From an uncultured Candidatus Binatia bacterium (GTDB lineage Bacteria; Desulfobacterota; Binatia; Bin18): a stretch of 64,000 nt of DNA. The stretch's first letter is position 1. The number at the start of each line of letters is the position of its first letter. The stretch lies in contig OZ243961.1 of NCBI GenBank assembly GCA_965214605.1, forward strand, positions 3,744,001-3,808,000, read 5' to 3'. Positions 61,523-64,000 of this stretch are shown here, one piece after another. The notes under the pieces are model-generated. The model did not search any database. It saw only the letters and a program-made list of their open reading frames with translations, and was not told the DNA's origin. A program made the position numbers and the translations under genes.

Positions 61523-63904
61523 ATGTTACCCCGTCGCTGGATGGAAGTATATATCAACTTTCTGCTGCGCAAGCGCTGGGCCGTGCTCTGCCTGGCACTT
61601 GTCCTAACGGCATTCTTCGTCTACCAGCTGACGCACACCAAGATTCAGATGAATTTCCTGGATTTTTATCCGCCCGGACATTCGTATATGCAGTTGGTCA
61701 AAAAACACGCCCGGATGTTTGGTTCGGCCAATGTCTTGGTCATGGCGGTTGAGGTCAAAGAAGGTGATATCTTCAATATCGAAACCCTCAATAAGGTCAA
61801 CCGGCTGACCATTGCGCTGTTGGAGACGCCTGGAGTCAACGGTTGGCAGGTGCTGTCTATTTCCCATCCTAAGATGCGCAATATTGAGATATCAAGCGCC
61901 GGCATTCAGGCTCTTCCCCTGTTCTTCCCCGGACCGCCCGAAACCCAGGCCCAGGTCAACCGGGTCAAGAAAGCAGTCTATACTAACGACGGTATTCTCG
62001 GGGTGCACGTCTCCTACGATAGCCAGATGACCCTGATTACGGCCGCATTTTGGGAGGCGGGGCTTGATTTTGGACGGATGAAGGACCACCTGTTTCGCCT
62101 CCAGGCTGAGGAGACAGACGCCCGGCACGTTATTCATATGACCGGTTTTCCTGCCCTGTTCTGCTGGATCTTTCAGTACCAGCCGTGGGTTATCGGGATT
62201 ACGCTGCTGACCGTGCTGGCGATCATGGCCCTGCTCTGGTTCTACTTTCGGACTATTCACGGCGTCTGGATTCCGCTCTTTTCCGGGGCACTCAGCACGG
62301 TCTGGGCCCTGGGCTTTGCCGGAGCGCTGGGTTTGAGCATTGATCTGTTGATGATTGTGGTTTTTCTATTGATCACTGCCCGAGCCCTGTCCCACTCGGT
62401 CCAGTCGATGGAGCGTTACCACGAGGAGTATACTCGCCTAGGGGATAAAGACGCCGCCATTTTGCAGTCCTACCTGGGGCTCTTCTCGCCCGCTCTGGTC
62501 TCAATCGCCTCGGACGGGTTGGCCATTCTGAGTCTGGCGGTGGCACGCATTCCGCTGATTCAGAAGATGGCTTTTTTGTCTAGTTTCTGGATTTTTACTA
62601 TTTCGATCAGCGTGGTGACCCTCCACCCTATCCTGTTAAGCTTCTTGCCGCCGCCCCGCCACGATCCCAAGGCTGGTCAACGACTGTCGGACAGGATCTA
62701 TACCGGAATCAACCGGCGCCTGGTCCGGGTCAGTCAGGGCATGGTCCGGTATGCCACGGCGACTAGTTTCGGCCTGGCTCTGATTGTCGGCATCTATTTT
62801 GCTACGCAGATCAAAATTGGAGATGTGTCGTTTGGGAAAGCTCTGTTTTATACCGATCATCCGTATAACGTGGCCTACGACCGGATTATTGCGAAAGAGT
62901 TTGCCGGTATCTCGCAGCTGGTGATCATCGCCGAAGGGGCTAAGCCGGGGACGTTCCGCACGGTTGAAGCCCTGCACGCTCTGGAGCGCTTTCAGCGCTA
63001 CATGGAGCGGAGCAACGCGCTGGCCGGAGGGAGTGTCAGTGGCGCGGATATTATCCGTCAGATTTACCAGCGCTTTGAGGAGGGCATTCCCAAGTGGGCG
63101 ATTCTCCCCAAAAAGTCGGTTGATATCGGCAATATGTTTGCCTATTTCCTGATGTCGGCCGGAGCGCCGGCTCTGGAGCGTTTTGTTGATAAAGACCTCC
63201 AAAACGCCACGGTCACCATTTTTTTTCGGGATTATCAACACGACACAGTTATGGAGGCCCTGAGTCGGGCCAAGGAGTATATTGCCGACAATCCTACGAA
63301 AGACGTTGAGTTTCGCCTGGCCGGCGGGCTGTTTGGAATTCTGGCCGCCATTAACGAAGAGGTCGAGTGGTCGTACCGGGTCAATCTGAGCTTGGTCTTG
63401 GCCACGGTGTTTGTGTTGAGTCTGTTGACCTATCGATCTCTCACTGGGGCGCTGATCGTGATGATTCCGTCTATCGTTGCTCAGCCGCTTACCGAGGCTA
63501 TTATGTACTGGTCAAGTATTGATATGAATGTCAACTCGTTGCCGGTGGCCGCCATTGGGATTGGGATTGGGATTGACTATGGCTATTACGTCTTGTCCCG
63601 GATTACTGAGGAATGCGCCAATTTCAACGATATCGATCGGGCTATTGAACAAGCCCTGATGACAACCGGCCGCGCAATTCTGTTCACTGGGACAACGCTC
63701 ACAGCCAGCGTCATCTTCTGGCTGTTCTTTCCAATGAAGTTTCAGGCTGAGATGGCATTTTTGCTGGCCTTAGTCCTCTTTCTGCACATTGTCGGTGCCC
63801 TGGTGTTTATTCCTTCAATGGTGTCTCTGTTGAAGCCGCGCTTTGCCACGGTCCAGAAGCCGGCCCTGGGTCAAGATGGTGCGGATAACCCGTCGGGCGC
63901 GTGA
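61523..63904 (+). CDS. MMPL/RND superfamily transporter
   Basis: Two repeats of TM + periplasmic loop + 5 TM; ARALSHSVQSMERY, GIGIGIDYGYY, TTGRAILFTG. Confidence 0.9.
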   Translation: MLPRRWMEVYINFLLRKRWAVLCLALVLTAFFVYQLTHTKIQMNFLDFYPPGHSYMQLVKKHARMFGSANVLVMAVEVKEGDIFNIETLNKVNRLTIALLETPGVNGWQVLSISHPKMRNIEISSAGIQALPLFFPGPPETQAQVNRVKKAVYTNDGILGVHVSYDSQMTLITAAFWEAGLDFGRMKDHLFRLQAEETDARHVIHMTGFPALFCWIFQYQPWVIGITLLTVLAIMALLWFYFRTIHGVWIPLFSGALSTVWALGFAGALGLSIDLLMIVVFLLITARALSHSVQSMERYHEEYTRLGDKDAAILQSYLGLFSPALVSIASDGLAILSLAVARIPLIQKMAFLSSFWIFTISISVVTLHPILLSFLPPPRHDPKAGQRLSDRIYTGINRRLVRVSQGMVRYATATSFGLALIVGIYFATQIKIGDVSFGKALFYTDHPYNVAYDRIIAKEFAGISQLVIIAEGAKPGTFRTVEALHALERFQRYMERSNALAGGSVSGADIIRQIYQRFEEGIPKWAILPKKSVDIGNMFAYFLMSAGAPALERFVDKDLQNATVTIFFRDYQHDTVMEALSRAKEYIADNPTKDVEFRLAGGLFGILAAINEEVEWSYRVNLSLVLATVFVLSLLTYRSLTGALIVMIPSIVAQPLTEAIMYWSSIDMNVNSLPVAAIGIGIGIDYGYYVLSRITEECANFNDIDRAIEQALMTTGRAILFTGTTLTASVIFWLFFPMKFQAEMAFLLALVLFLHIVGALVFIPSMVSLLKPRFATVQKPALGQDGADNPSGA

Positions 63905-64000
63905 TGAACTACCGGAGTTTCGAAATGATTCAGCCCCGTTATCTTATTTGCCTGATATGTGGTGGCTTGCTCCTGCTTGTCAGTCCGGTCGGTAGGGCTC
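63904..64000 (+). CDS. 5' end of a probable secreted protein (runs off the window end)
   Basis: ATG overlapping the MMPL stop (TGATG); MNYRSFEMIQPRYLICLICGGLLLLVSPVGRA resembles a signal peptide. Confidence 0.5.
   Translation, partial: MNYRSFEMIQPRYLICLICGGLLLLVSPVGRA

Overview
A GC-rich (roughly 60% by eye) chromosomal window from a diderm, LPS-producing bacterium. The gene order (ftsZ-radical SAM; kdsB-pyrG-kdsA-lptCAB-rpoN-ptsN-rapZ-HPr-metK-ahcY-glnD-xerD; accD-folC-lptD) resembles Deltaproteobacteria, and an F420-type LLM gene plus several orphan oxygenases would fit Binatia. That taxonomy is inference only. Most of the window is housekeeping, envelope biogenesis and ion homeostasis (K+-dependent membrane pyrophosphatase, group 2 Mrp antiporter), interspersed with catabolic oxidoreductases and a 2-oxoacid/acetoin dehydrogenase E1a-E1b-E2 cluster. 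I recognised no rRNA, tRNA, CRISPR array, transposase or prophage, and I cannot point to one clearly new multi-gene system. The best leads are: (1) a tandem-fused 1889-aa UvrA whose linker is a four-unit 14-bp repeat, so losing or gaining one unit would truncate it to a single-length UvrA; (2) a nucleotide-identical 150-bp duplication of the E2 subunit-binding domain; (3) a promoter-led unit of an unknown 88-aa protein plus two ArnT/GT39 paralogs; (4) three shattered pseudogenes the ORF track misses (selO/ydiU, NTF2/SnoaL, a small membrane-anchored family); (5) a structured 0.75-kb intergenic region with sigma54-like motifs and a small ORF; (6) mutually exclusive hairpins in front of mutY.
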